64,000 bases of DNA, from assembly GCF_006345805.1 (NCBI RefSeq), contig NC_043014.1, positions 44,950,001 to 45,014,000 of the forward strand. Reading direction: 5' to 3'. A program made the translations under genes and the position numbers. The notes beneath the pieces were generated by a model. It was given only the letters and a program-made list of their open reading frames with translations, did not search any database and was not told the DNA's origin. This DNA is from Octopus sinensis (Eukaryota). Shown in pieces: positions 41,550-54,427 of the stretch; within the stretch, counting starts at the first letter, position 1; every line of letters begins with the position of its first letter.

Positions 41550-41810
41550 CCATCACCACCACCACCACCATCATAATTTAACGTCCATTGTCCATGCTAG
41601 TGTGGATTGGATGGTTTGACCAGGGCTGGCAAGCCAGAAGGCTGCACCAGACTCCGGTCTGATTTGACATGGTTTCTATGAGTGGATGCCCTTCCTAACA
41701 CCAACTACTCTGAGAGTGTAATGGGTGCTTTTATGTGCCATTGGCATGGGTGTCGTTTGTGTGACACCGGTATCTGCCATGAATGTGATTTTGCTTGGCT
41801 TCATGGGTCT
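41550..41810 (-). mobile_element. Diverged family C SINE
   Basis: Reverse-complement core GGATGCCCTTCCTAACACCAAC and tail. Confidence 0.75.
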
Positions 41811-41865
41811 AATGGATCACATGAAAATACACAGGGCAAACAGGGAGAGATAAAAAAGGACACAT

Positions 41866-42098
41866 ATTTCTTTACTACCCACAAGGGGCTAAACACAGAG
41901 GGGACAAACAAGGACAGACAAACGGATTAAGTTGATTATATCGACCCCAGTGCGTAACTGGTACTTAATTTTTCGACCCCGAAAGGATGAAAGGCAAAGT
42001 CGACCTCGGCGGAATTTGAACTCAGAACGTAACAGCAGACGAAATACGGCTACGCATTTCGCCCGGCGTGCTAACGTTTCTGCCAGCTCGCCGCCTTG
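41866..42098 (-). mobile_element. Family B SINE with 15-bp TSD
   Basis: TAAAAAAGGACACAT at 41851-41865 and 42099-42113. Confidence 0.92.
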
Positions 42099-43021
42099 TA
42101 AAAAAGGACACATTGCTAATGTAGTCCTGGTTACTCCTGTAGCTGTAAAGGCCATTAATCATAAATCTGATCAGGGTTGATGACTGCAACAAGCATCGAA
42201 TGTTACATGTATAGTGAAAACAGATAGGAAAGAATTCAAGTTAATAGAAAGAAAAGACACAGCCCATGGGTACCCTACACTGATGGTATCCACAGACTGT
42301 AACTTATATAAAATACAAGTGATGAAATGTTAACAATGGAAGGCAAAGACTAGAAGAAGCTGGAAAGAAGGAAAATGAAAAGAAGCAGTAACAAAAGTCC
42401 ATGGATGTAATGAAAAAATGTGTGGAATTTGACATTGTTAGGAGAAATAATCTGATTATATCCTATAAAGGGGTATACAGTAAAAATAAGTGTTTTGCTT
42501 GTAAAATATGACCACCCTAGTAAACTTTACTTGTCAGCACATATTTTCTTTTCCCAAATCACTAATTTCCTCAGGTTCTACTATTTCATTTATAGATATC
42601 AATTTTACCAATAGATTCTACATGAATGCTGTGTCAAGTTTCATCTTTGAAGACAAATATTTCCTTAATTTTTCTGCAAACTTCTCCCTGTGTATGTGTG
42701 TGTGTGAGTGTGTGTGTGCATGCGTGTTCATGTGTGTGTATGTAAAATATTTAGGCACCAACAGACTTTAATGGAAGACTTGAAATTCTGTATATATTAG
42801 TGGTGGTGGTGGTGGTGGCAGCATGATTGTCATTATCATCCCTATTTTTACATTCCCTTTCCCATGCTGGTTAGAAGGGACTTTAAGGATGTGTTTTACC
42901 ACCGGCTGCCCTTCCTGATGCCAATCTTTTTAATTACATCATATGATACACATGTATATGGTGTAACTATTTCAAAACTGGGATATACAGAAGTTATACA
43001 TGTGTGTGTATATTATATATA

Positions 43022-43272
43022 TGGCACGTAAAAAACACCATTTGAGCATGGCCATTGCCAGTACTGTCTAACTGGCTCTCATGCCAGTGGCACATAAAAG
43101 CACCCACTACACTCTCGGAGTGGTTGGCATTAGGAAAGGCATCCAGCTGTAGAAACTCTGCCAGATCAGATTGGAGCCTGGTGCAGCCATCTGGTTCGCC
43201 AGCCCTCAGTCAAATCGTCCAACCCATGCTAGCAAGGAAAGTGGACATTAAACGATGTTGATGATGATAATG
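43022..43272 (+). mobile_element. SINE family C
   Basis: Core and tail match the other copies. Another copy is at 46079-46357. Confidence 0.85.
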
Positions 43273-43294
43273 ACATATATATATATATCTATAG

Positions 43295-43326
<32 letters not shown>

Positions 43327-43539
43327 ATATAGTGCACAATACAGTATCAATCAGGACTGAAATATATTTGGGTGAAACAAATGTTAACACATTTTTTTTT
43401 ATGCTTTTGATGTATGAAGAAAGAGTGGGAGAAGTGTTCTGTATGTGTACAGGTATGAGCAAATGATAATATTTGATGTTTTGTATAATCATCATTAACA
43501 TTATTGTCACACATATTTCTCTCTGTTTGCATGAGTTGG

Positions 43540-44000
43540 TTGGCTGGGCCTTCCCAGGCACCTTGTGAGTTTCAGCCTTTTGAAAATAGCTTTCACAACT
43601 TCTTCATATGTATTCCTTGGGTCACCGCTTTCATAAGATCCTTCCACTTGGCTCACTTGACACCTATTTATGCAGCTGTTATTGTCAATATTCAGCACAT
43701 ATTCATTCATACCAGCACAGTCTTCTCTCTTGAACACTATTTTTGATTCCTTCTCTACCTAGTTTTGTTATAAGCTAATTTTCGCTGTTATTCATGCACA
43801 CATGAATCACACATCACACATCCAATGGAGCATGTTTACCTCATTTCTTCCCAGCCTCCATAAATCCTCTTCATGTATACACATCACACAGTCTGCTCCT
43901 CAAATTGGAGTAAGAACCTTGTTTCATAATGGCAGAAATAATAGCTCTCTGAACTTTATCCATGCCATTCTTACTTTTGGCTAGTATGTCCTGTACACTG
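43540..44000 (-). pseudogene. Decayed 3' part of an RTE-type LINE ORF (second copy at 44743-45203)
   Basis: Minus translations KVRMAWIKFRELL..., EEDLWRLGRNEVNMLHWMC..., NSCINRCQVSQVEGSYESGDPRNTYEEVVK resemble the RTE C-terminus (GRPRKTW). Confidence 0.75.
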
Positions 44001-44309
44001 TTAAATAGGTTTCCTAGGTAACAGCTTCAAAACTACTTTTAAAGAACCCTCTTAACATCTAAAAGAATTATTTTGATTGAAACTCTTACTGCTAAGTACT
44101 CTTTTGCATAAACTAGTCTATAAATTAAAACTGACCTCAAAAAGACATAAAAATCAGTAACAGGCAGGGTCTTCTTGATAATTTTAGTAACTTCGAAGCT
44201 GAGATAGAGACACCATGTTCTTTGTCTATCTCCTTAACTTCTTGGAGATTTTAGGTATAATCATACTAATGTGTCCATCTGTTTTAATTTAATTAAATTC
44301 TATGTGTTT

Positions 44310-44397
44310 GTGCAGCTGAAGATTGCTCTACATTTTAAATTGATGTAATGATTGCATTTTCAATTAAATGGAGTTGCATGAAACGATTGTACTGTAC
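44310..44397 (+). ncRNA. Type I hammerhead ribozyme-like motif, copy 1 in the tandem duplication
   Basis: Stem I GTGCAG/CTGTAC; CTGAAGA at 44316-44322; interrupted stem II (TGC/GCA, CTC/GAG, CATTT/AAATG, AATTGA/TCAATT); GAAA-C-GATT-G-TA, with predicted cleavage after 44391. Confidence 0.7.
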
Positions 44398-44437
44398 TTC
44401 TTGATATCCTTGTTGCTTATTTTGATTATATATATAT

Positions 44438-44529
<92 letters not shown>

Positions 44530-45512
44530 ATATAGTGCACAATACAGTATCAATCAGGACTGAAATATATTTGGGTGAAACAAATGTTAACACATTTTTT
44601 TTTATGCTTTTGATGTATGAAGAAAGAGTGGGAGAAGTCTTCTGTATGTGTACAGGTATGAGCAAATGATAATATTTGATGTTTTGTATAATCATCATTA
44701 ACATTATTGTCACACATATTTCTCTCTGTTTGCATGAGTTGGTTGGCTGGGCCTTCCCAGGCACCTTGTGAGTTTCAGCCTTTTGAAAATAGCTTTCACA
44801 ACTTCTTCATATGTATTCCTTGAGTCACCGCTTTCATAAGATCCTTCCACTTGGCTCACTTGACACCTATTTATGCAGCTGTTATTGTCAATATTCAGCA
44901 CATATTCATTCATACCAGCACAGTCTTCTCTCTTGAACACTATTTTTGATTCCTTCTCAACCTAGTTTTGTTATAAGCTAATTTTCGCTGTTATTCATGC
45001 ACACATGAATCACACATCACACATCCAATGGAGCATGTTTACCTCATTTCTTCCCAGCCTCCATAAATCCTCTTCATGTATACACATCACACAGTCTGCT
45101 CCTCAAATTGGAGTAAGAACCTTGTTTCATAATGGCAGAAATAATAGCTCTCTGAACTTTATCCATGCCATTCTTACTTTTGGCTAGTATGTCCTGTACA
45201 CTGTTAAATAGGTTTCCTAGGTAACAGCTTCAAAACTACTTTTAAAGAACCCTCTTAACATCTAAAAGAATTATTTTGATTGAAACTCTTACTGCTAAGT
45301 ACTCTTTTGCATAAACTAGTCTATAAATTAAAACTGACCTCAAAAAGACATAAAAATCAGTAACAGGCAGGGTCTTCTTGATAATTTTAGTAACTTCGAA
45401 GCTGAGATAGAGACACCATGTTCTTTGTCTATCTCCTTAACTTCTTGGAGATTTTAGGTATAATCATACTAATGTGTCCATCTGTTCTAATTTAATTAAA
45501 TTCTATGTGTTT

Positions 45513-45600
45513 GTGCAGCTGAAGATTGCTCTACATTTTAAATTGATGTAATGATTGCATTTTCAATTAAATGGAGTTGCATGAAACGATTGTACTGTAC
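45513..45600 (+). ncRNA. Type I hammerhead ribozyme-like motif, copy 2 in the tandem duplication
   Basis: Identical to 44310-44397; predicted cleavage after 45594. Confidence 0.7.
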
Positions 45601-45629
45601 TTCTTGATATCCTTGTTGCTTATTTTGAT

Positions 45630-45691
<62 letters not shown>

Positions 45692-45877
45692 TAATTGCTT
45701 CACCAGCAGTATATTGGATAACTGATATCCCATAGTGGGTTACCCTCATAACCCCTATCTTACTTTGTATATATATATCTATATACCAACTCACTTGGTG
45801 CTTCTAAGTTTATTTATAAAAAATGTCCTCATTCCAAAAGATATTATTTAGCATAATAAAAGAAGGTATTTGTTGTC

Positions 45878-45960
45878 AGGGGTTGCTTAGCTTAATGGTA
45901 CAGGGCACTCAGCTGGAATTTGAGAGGGAGAGGGTTTGATTCCCTCTAGTGGCTCGCTAG
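45878..45960 (+). mobile_element. Degenerate tRNA-like SINE head between ~30-bp direct repeats
   Basis: TAGCTTAATGG (A-box-like) and GGTTTGATTCC (B-box-like). Flanked at a distance by CCARCTCACT..TGCTTCTAAGTTTATTTAT at ~45787 and ~46038. Confidence 0.45.
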
Positions 45961-46529
45961 TCACTTTTTCCTATCTTCTAAGGGTATTTAACCGATCCTA
46001 TTTTGCATTTGAGGTTTACTTCATTTTCTGTAAAATACCAGCTCACTCAATGCTTCTAAGTTTATTTATTATATATATGGCCGTTGCCAGCCTCACCTGG
46101 CCCCCGTGCCGGTGGCACGTAAAAAGCACCATCCGTCTGTGGCCGTTGGCAGCCTCGCCCGGCACCTGTGCCGGTGGCATGTAAAAAGCACCCACTACAC
46201 TCATGGAGTTGTTGGCGTTAGGAAGGGCATCCAGCTGTAGAAACATTGCCAGATCAGACTGGGCCTGGTGCAGCCTTCTGGCTTCCCAGACCCCAGTTGA
46301 CCCGTTCAACCCATGCTAGCATGGAAAGCGGATGCTAAATGATGATGATGATGATGATATATATATATGCTTGTGTGTGTGCATATACACATGTACTACA
46401 ATCTATCACAACTGGTTAAATACTGGCCTCTAACAGACAAAGTAAATATACTGGTCTGTGATGAAGTCATATATATATATATATACAACAAAAGAATTTG
46501 ATGCATAAAAATAAAATAAATGTGAATAT

Positions 46530-46800
46530 AGAACTGTATGTCTCCACCACTGAGATCCCACTCTCACTGCACTGCTTGTGTTCCCATTGTATAGCATATG
46601 CCGAGCAAAACTACATCCCAAAGTGTACTGGGATTTTCTCCTCTCTATTGTTAATTACTCCTTTGATATTTGCTATGTTGACCTTTAAGGTCTTTGGAAT
46701 TCTATATCATTCTTTTAAGCTGAGGACTTTCTCCTCAACTCTTCAACAGAATGTACAATGAGAACCAGGTCACCATCCTGTATAAAGTTCTCATGTTTTC
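46530..46800 (-). pseudogene. Decayed RTE-type LINE RT fragment
   Basis: Minus translation ENFIQDGDLVLIVHSVEELRRKSSA*KNDIEF.DLKVNIANIK resembles ELLYADDLVL...GLKVNxxKTK. Confidence 0.7.
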
Positions 46801-47935
46801 CCATTTCTGAACTCCTCTTTTATTACACTTTTGCATTGAAGTTTAAATATTATTTATTCAAGGGTGCTTAATTTCTATAAATACTACCTAAACTTGTTCT
46901 AACACTGAAAATTAAATATCTCTTTCATATACATTCTTAGTTATAGCTTATGCCGGTGAGGAAAGATTTAATCCATATTGTTAGTACATATACGTACATT
47001 TTTATGTGTGCCTTATATAGGAGTTTAATGTAGGGTTTTGGGTAAAGTATATATGTTTACATGCTATAACTAAGGAGGACATTTAGATGCTAGATATTTG
47101 AAACTGGTATGATACTGAGATAGTGTATCAGTTTCAAAGCTAGAATTAAGTAGTAAGTACACCCATATCACTTTCTGAAAAGAAGAAAATTTAGATAACT
47201 TATGATCAAGAAATAGTGATGAAATGATTGGATAGTGATAACTCCTTCTAAATCTGATTAATGTCATCTGTGCATCTAGCATACTTATCACACACACACA
47301 CACACAACACACACACAACACAAACACACAACACACACACACACACACACAGATTTATTTATTGTGCTCCTAATATTATTGGGCATGAAATTGTCTAACA
47401 TTTCTGACATACATATCAAACAGTCCACCTCCAACCATTCATTTTATTATATAGATATACGCACACACATAACAGTATTGTATCGAAATGATTGGTTTGA
47501 CATGTAGGCAGTATTTAATCAAATATTTAGAAGCAAAAATAAAAGCTGTATTAGGAAATTACAATACTACTTACTAAAATGTCATAGACACACTTAGCAA
47601 AACAAATGTTTTCAAACTAAATTTGTTGTGAAAAGCTAAGATATAAAAATCAATTATATTCAGATACATATACAGTTAGTACACTGAATTTGGCACACAG
47701 AAAAACACAGAGATCAAACACAAACAAGCAATGAAATGCGTATTAGTGGTTTAGTTGTTACTTAAAAGCAAGAGTTGAGTAGCTACTTTTAAACAACTAG
47801 TTGTATTGTTGAAGGCTTTTCAAGCTGAGATTAATATTTGAAGCAGATTGTTGAAAGATTATGCTTTTGGAAAGAACACTTCAAAAAGCAGTTTGGTAAA
47901 TAAGGCTGTGAGAGGGCTGGAGCTCAAGCATGGGA

Positions 47936-48025
47936 TCACACTTTTACCTTCATTGTCTTGATCTTTTTACGTGTAAGGTGACCTCGTATGCCAGCTTGAA
48001 TCTTTGTAGCAGCATTCGTTTTCAT
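47936..48025 (-). CDS. Short IQ-motif coding exon MKTNAATKIQAGIRGHLTRKKIKTMK(VKV*)
   Basis: Canonical IQ motif close to GAP-43 AATKIQASFRGHITRKKLK. Preceded by an acceptor-like ...CCCTGATATTGCTTAG. It either ends at TGA (47936-47938) or splices at AAG|GTAAAA after 47948 (78-nt phase-0 exon). Confidence 0.8.
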   Translation of the reverse strand: MKTNAATKIQAGIRGHLTRKKIKTMKVKV

Positions 48026-48470
48026 CTAAGCAATATCAGGGTAACGTGAGTACATTTGAGAACAGTTTCATTGTTTTAAAATGACATCTTAAACAATGAA
48101 TGGCTTTGAAATAATGGGAAATTTGACATAGGAACAAAATAAGAAAATGGACAAAGAAAGTATTTCACAATTATAAAAGTTTGAAGTTCATTTTGACAAG
48201 CACTAGGACAAAAGAAAGGCAAAATAACAGCCAAAGGTAAATGTCACTATAGACATAATAATTTATAACTTACACAATTGTATTTCATGAGGTTGATAAG
48301 TTAAATGATATAAAAGAATAAAATATTTATACAAACTCAATGAAAATATGCAGTGTGTGACAGTCCTCCATTCAAAATGATGAACAGAGGAATAAGTTGT
48401 TGTAGTATAGAAGCAAAAAAATTCAAGTGGCAAATGAAATTTTACTGCTACTGGTAGCAGAGATGAGATT

Positions 48471-48485
48471 GTTGCCATGAGAAAC
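48471..48485. promoter_or_regulatory. Candidate RFX X-box-like motif
   Basis: GTTGCCATGAGAAAC, ~450 bp upstream (minus sense) of the IQ exon. Motif match only. Confidence 0.25.
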
Positions 48486-50069
48486 AGAAAATTTATTATA
48501 AAACCTTTAAGCCGTAATGGAAAATGGAAATGTTTACAAATAAAATATTTTACAGTAACTGGCTACAAACAAACAATTAAAGAAATTGACATGTGAAATA
48601 TTGGAATTTTGACCAATGGATCAATGATCTGAAATGAAATTTTAAACAATGGAGATTGATTTGCAGTTGTACAAGATGGTTTATGTAGGAACTACAAAGC
48701 TATCTCTCTCACAGTTTTGAACTATCTTTACTCTGTTGATCTTCAACATCAGAAACTTGTGACATGACATTACACTGACACTGTGAACCTAACTAAATAC
48801 AGTACTGCTATTTATTTTATCAATCCTACAAGGATGAAAGGTAAATTCAATCTCAGACAGAAGACTTAGTCCAAATGCTCATATCGGAATGAACTTCTGG
48901 TGGTGGTGGTGCTAAACAAAGTGATGTGTTGTCTATCATCCAGTGTCAATGTAATGACATTCCACAGGTTTCTGATGGAGGTGAGAGATCTAATCCTCCA
49001 TAGTTTGTTCAGCCCCCCACCCTAGTTTGTAGCTTGCATCACAGTTTCTGTAGAAGGAGCCATTATTCAACCAATGAACAACAATATACCAACATGGAAC
49101 AACACAATCCAGTGTCAACTTAATAGGTTAATGAATTAAATATATTTTTATAATGTCCTCCTTCTCCATCAATTTATCGACACTCCACAGGTCGCTTGTA
49201 TTAAACTATTAGATGTAGGAATATAGTTGTATTAAAAAAAAAATATTTGAAGCAAGAATCAATACACACGGAAGGAGCATGATGACTTCAATGCTTTCTG
49301 AGAGTTAATTTGCCAAGCTGAATGCTATTCAATCTAAAGTATGTTTCATTTTGTATAATTTTAGAGAGTTTATTTATTAATTTGTTCATATTTTTTTTTC
49401 AGTAATCTGTGTTATTTCCGGCGTAGTTTAACTGCTGTGAATTTTCTCTGCTATTTCCTCCACCTTAGATGTTCACAAAGCTTTTTAATGAAAATTTGCA
49501 TAACTTACACTCTTACAATATATAGATAGATACTAGTGAATGCTCAAGGCATTGAACTATTTTGGAAAGAAGAAAAAAAAACAAAACAATTGCATTGGAA
49601 TGGTAATATCTAACAAACAGTAAAACAGCTGCTACAAAAGGAAGAAACTTATTAAAGTAAAAAAAAAAAAATGAAATAAAGTGTTTATATTATATTTTAT
49701 TTGTATTAAAAGTTTTATTACATATATTTTATGCATGATAGTGATCCTATTAAATATTTCTGTGAGAGTGTATGTAGGAACACATCCTCAGTCTGTGTGT
49801 GTGTGTGTGTGTGTATACACAAACACACAAAAAGATGAATCAAAGTAATGCAAATAAAAATTGCGTTACTTTTTGACTCACCCTTGTATGTGGATGTATG
49901 TATATACAATATATACACACATACATACATGCATGTATGACGATAAGCAAGCACGCAAATACACACATGCAATAATTTTCCATAAAATTGTTCTGTCTGC
50001 ATCTATACGAAAATGTGCATTAAATCTCAATTATTATATAAATTAATGTATGCATTTGTTTACACATAT

Positions 50070-50105
<36 letters not shown>

Positions 50106-50480
50106 AAACACACACATCATTAAATGTCTACATGTATACATATTCATACATGAATACATTTATGTAGATCTATTGATAAATATATAAACTAATGCAAATT
50201 GGATGCTCACACTCTTCCAGTATGGCGTATGCATGTTGTGTGAAGAATATCGGCACATTGATAATTTAATATTTCTATTCATGTAACTAGAGCATTATTT
50301 ATATGTATCTTAATGTACACCATACATATACACACTTAAATGAAGATAGCATCTTTAGAAAATTCAAATCCGAATGGACATATACATCTTTACTTGTGAA
50401 CATATAATACATGCATATCTACATAAACTCATTACCTAAACAGCTTTTTATGACTATATACTAACATGTATATATATATT

Positions 50481-50519
<39 letters not shown>

Positions 50520-52609
50520 TGATAAACTGAAAGAGAGAGAGAGAGAGAGAGAGATTAGAGACAGAAAAAGCAGGAGAGATATCCATAGTTATCTAGGTGT
50601 GCCTAATTTCATGCAGAACAAGATTTGTTTCTGCAAGAAATAAGCCAAATAAAAATGAAAATATATTTTACCTAGGAGTGAAAAACAGCTCTGAAAAATC
50701 ATTTAAAATATCAATGAGAGCTTCAGTAGAAATAAATAATTAGAATTGTTTCATTCTTGTCAATGCTGTGTCAGTTAACAGTAATAAACTTTATGTTAAT
50801 ATTACTACTATTATTATTATTTGATAGTAGCATATCTGCTTCCAAGTGTTAGCTTGCTATGACAACATTATAGCATCGTGGGAGGATAGACTGAAAAATC
50901 TTCCTGTTGTTATTGTTATCTTCAGGTTGTCTTGAAGCTCAAGAGGAGCTGTAAGATTTGATGCAAATAAAAATAGTCTGTTAGCAAAATCTCATCAGGC
51001 TGAGTTCATGACAGTTTCAATTGCCATATATATATTCTTTTATTTGTTTCAGTTATTTGACTGTGGCCATGCTGGAACACCAAATATACATTTGCTAATT
51101 TGTAACTACAAGTTATAGCCATAAACAATGATATGGAGAGAGATGCCCTCTACTAAATTAATTTACTGTTGACATACCATATGAAGTAAAATCTTTTTGC
51201 TGTGACATGCAATTTACTATATTCTATAGAATATTTTATTTCTATTTTGATAAAAAGCATATAACATTAATGCTTTTTCCAAGAATATTTAGAATCAAAA
51301 CTAAGTCACGAGCTTGGTTCCCAGTAGCTTACCTTGTTCTCTTATGATTCAGCAAATTGCTATATGAGTGTATTATAACATCAGAATCTTAGCTTAGGGG
51401 AGTAATGATTGGGTCAGGATATATGTCAGCAGTCATCCAGAATTAGCTAATTTCTGTTGTTGACAGGCAGTGATGAAATCCTAATGGCAGTATGGTTAAA
51501 ATGTTCGCTTTACAACCACATAGTTTTAGGTTCAGTCTCACTTCATGACACCTTGGGCATGTGTCTTCTACTGCAGTCCCCAGACCATCCAATGCATTGG
51601 GAGTAAATCTGGTAGACAGAATCTGTACAAAGAACATCATTTGTGTGCAAGTGTGTGTGTATGAGGGCTTGTATTCTGTGATCGCATGAAAAAAAAATCA
51701 CTGAGCTACAGCCAGTGTTCTTAGTCAAAATAAAAATCATCTGGTAGCCGTGTGTGTTCAAAGATTAAAGGAGCAAAAATCCTCTCACTTGAAATGACAT
51801 TAAGGATTAGTGGTAGGAATAACAACTGGCTATAAAACACCGCCTCAGGATTATGTATACATCTAACGAATGCTAGCAAGAAATAACAAATGTAAAAAGA
51901 ATGAACAATAATATATATAATTGTCATCATCATTTTACATATACTTTCTGTGCTAGACTGGTTTGGAAGATACACCATGAACTAAAAAACTTTTTAGTTC
52001 ATTAACAGGCATTTAATGAAGTTCAAAGTAATAGATATCTATATTAAATCAAAAGGTTAACCCATAGGAAAAAAATTATAGGAAAATAAAAAAAAAAACA
52101 TCCAGTACATATTAGGACAGAATTGAGAAACAAAACTTTTCAGTTATTCCTTATCCAGGGTTAAAAACTTAAAGTAAAAGTGATTAAAATAAAAATTTAC
52201 TTTATTCGAAAAATAATATGCTCTAGCCTGCAGCATCATTCTCTAAAATAATATATTTCATACAGCATTCCAAGTTGTATGGGTCTGGTTTAGACAGATG
52301 GCAATGTTCTACACATGTACACATACAAAGTCACATAAACATACATTGAAACATATACAATTTTTTTTGGTATATAAATTTTACAAGACTACCACTATTG
52401 TTACATTCATCATTAATATATATTTTAACAAATGTTGTATTATGCCACTGAACTGACATCACCCCTACTGCTGCCACAGCCACCATCATTATCACCATAA
52501 TCATTATTCCATATAATAGTGGTGATAGTACAAAATCAAAATGAATGACAGCATGCCATTCAGTTAGGTTTTCTACCATTATGACCATGAGGTCTAATAA
52601 TCTTGAATC

Positions 52610-52940
52610 TGAACATTTATTCCAATATCTTCATTGTCTGACTCAGTGATAATTGCCTTCCATTGTCAATATTTAGTAATTTTTCATTCAGCAGGTATCA
52701 TCCATTTTCATCAGGTGTCCATAACAATATCACTCTCACTCCTCCACATGTCCACAAGCATTTTTAATGACTAACCACTTTCTCAGCTGGTTTTCCATAC
52801 AAGTCAATGTTAAAAATCCAACGGATCAAACATTTTACACATTACTATATCTGTATTTTCTGCAGACAGAAACATTTATACTTGGAATGAGGTAACAATT
52901 TCCTAAACTTCATTCACCTCTTCTTGCTATATTGCAACAC
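52610..52940 (-). pseudogene. Decayed 3' part of an RTE-type LINE
   Basis: Minus translation YGHLMKMDDTC*MKNY*ILTMEG resembles WYGHVMRM...VEG. Confidence 0.6.
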
Positions 52941-52974
52941 CCAACTATCCTAACTACATTTCACATGTTACTTT

Positions 52975-53621
52975 CTCCGTGCTAGCAGGGTGCAAAGAGC
53001 ACCATATGAGCATGATCATTGACAGAGCGGCTAACCAGCTTCCGTGCCAGTAGTACTTAAAGGGCACCATTCGAGCGTGATCGTTACCAGCGTCGCTTTA
53101 CTGGCACATGTGCCAGTGCTAGTAGGGTGCCAAGAGCACCATCCAAGTGTGATCATTGCCAGAGCAGCCAACTGGCTTCTGTGCCAGTGGCACGTAAAAG
53201 GGCACCATTCGAGCGTGATCGTTACCAGCGTCGCCTTACTGGCACTTGTGCCCATGCTAGTAGGGTGCCAAGAGCACCATCCAAGCGTGATCATTGCCAG
53301 AGCAGCCAACTGGCTTCCATACCAGTGGCACGTAAAAGGGCACCATTTGAGCATGATTGTTACCAATGTCGCCTTACTGGCACCTGTGCTGGTGGCATGT
53401 GTAAAAGGATTCAAGCGAGGTCATTGCCAGTACTGCCTGACACGTAAAAAGCACCCACTACACTCTCGGAGGGGTTGGCGTTAGGAAGGGCATCCAGCTG
53501 TAGAAACTCTGCCAAATCAAGACTGGAGCCTGGTGCAGCCATCTGGTGCAGCCAGCCCTCAGTCAAAATCGTCCAAACCATGCTAGCATGGAAAGCGGAC
53601 GTTAAACAATGATGATGATGA
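52975..53621 (+). mobile_element. Family C SINE with ~3 copies of a 128-bp internal unit
   Basis: GCTAGTAGGGTGCCAAGAGCACCATCCAAG recurs at 128-bp spacing (53118, 53256 region), followed by the standard core and tail. Confidence 0.85.
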
Positions 53622-54024
53622 CTTCTGTAATAATTGCCATATCTAATATCTTTGTTACATGTTAATTTCCTAGATATCACATTGCACTTACTGTGTAACT
53701 GCTGCTTGCACTGACTGCTCAGTATAGAGTTTCATGGCAAGACCAATTCTCTAATGGTTTCAATTTTTCTACTCTTAGCTACTAACTAGTGCTGCAGATT
53801 TCCTTGCTTTGACTTTTGGTCTTTAGCTTTTGTACCATTCTTACATTGGAAATATTTTATGTAATTCTTTATGTAATTTAGCAATGGGAACCAATATTCA
53901 CTCCTCCTCAGCTCATAAGTGCTTTCTCAAGAACTACATTGATAAGAAAATGGTTGAGAACACAATTTTTCTTCAAATGTCTTTACTCTGGGTGGTATTT
54001 TCAAATAACATTCGTTGTATTTCA

Positions 54025-54280
54025 TAAATTTTAGTAACTTCTATGCTGAAGTAGAGACAACATGTTCTTTGTCTATCTCCTTAACTTCTTGGAGATTTTA
54101 AACATAATTATACTAATGTGTCCATCTGTTCTAATTTAATTAAATTCTATGTGTTTGTGCAGCTGAAGATTGCTCTGCATTTTAAATTGATGTAATGATT
54201 GCATTGTTCAATTAAATGGAGTTGCATGAAATGATCGAACTGCATTACCTCTGGATATCCTTGTTGCTTATTTTGATTTT
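54025..54280 (+). mobile_element. Third dispersed copy of the hammerhead-bearing repeat, with mutated core
   Basis: Matches 44180-44427. The motif at 54157-54245 reads GTGCAG-CTGAAGA...GAAA-T-GATC-G-AA-CTGCAT, so the conserved U of the cleavage triplet is lost. Confidence 0.8.
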
Positions 54281-54393
54281 AATCACCATACTTTGAAATT
54301 GTATGGATAATACCGTACTAAATTCTGGTGCCTCAACCATATTCATCTGAATCTAAATTTTTGATGAACTCATCTACCATACCCAAAGTATAA

Positions 54394-54427
<34 letters not shown>

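Larger units (their letters stand above)
43300..45630. repeat. Near-identical tandem duplication, unit offset 1203 bp, bounded by (TA)n/(TG)n tracts
   Basis: 43330-44427 is repeated at 44533-45630 with only about four substitutions that I could spot. The ORF track shows duplicated ORFs at +1203. Confidence 0.95.

Noticed and set aside
53031-53484. Cys/His-rich repetitive ORFs
   Set aside because: Translations of the 128-bp internal repeats of a family C SINE.
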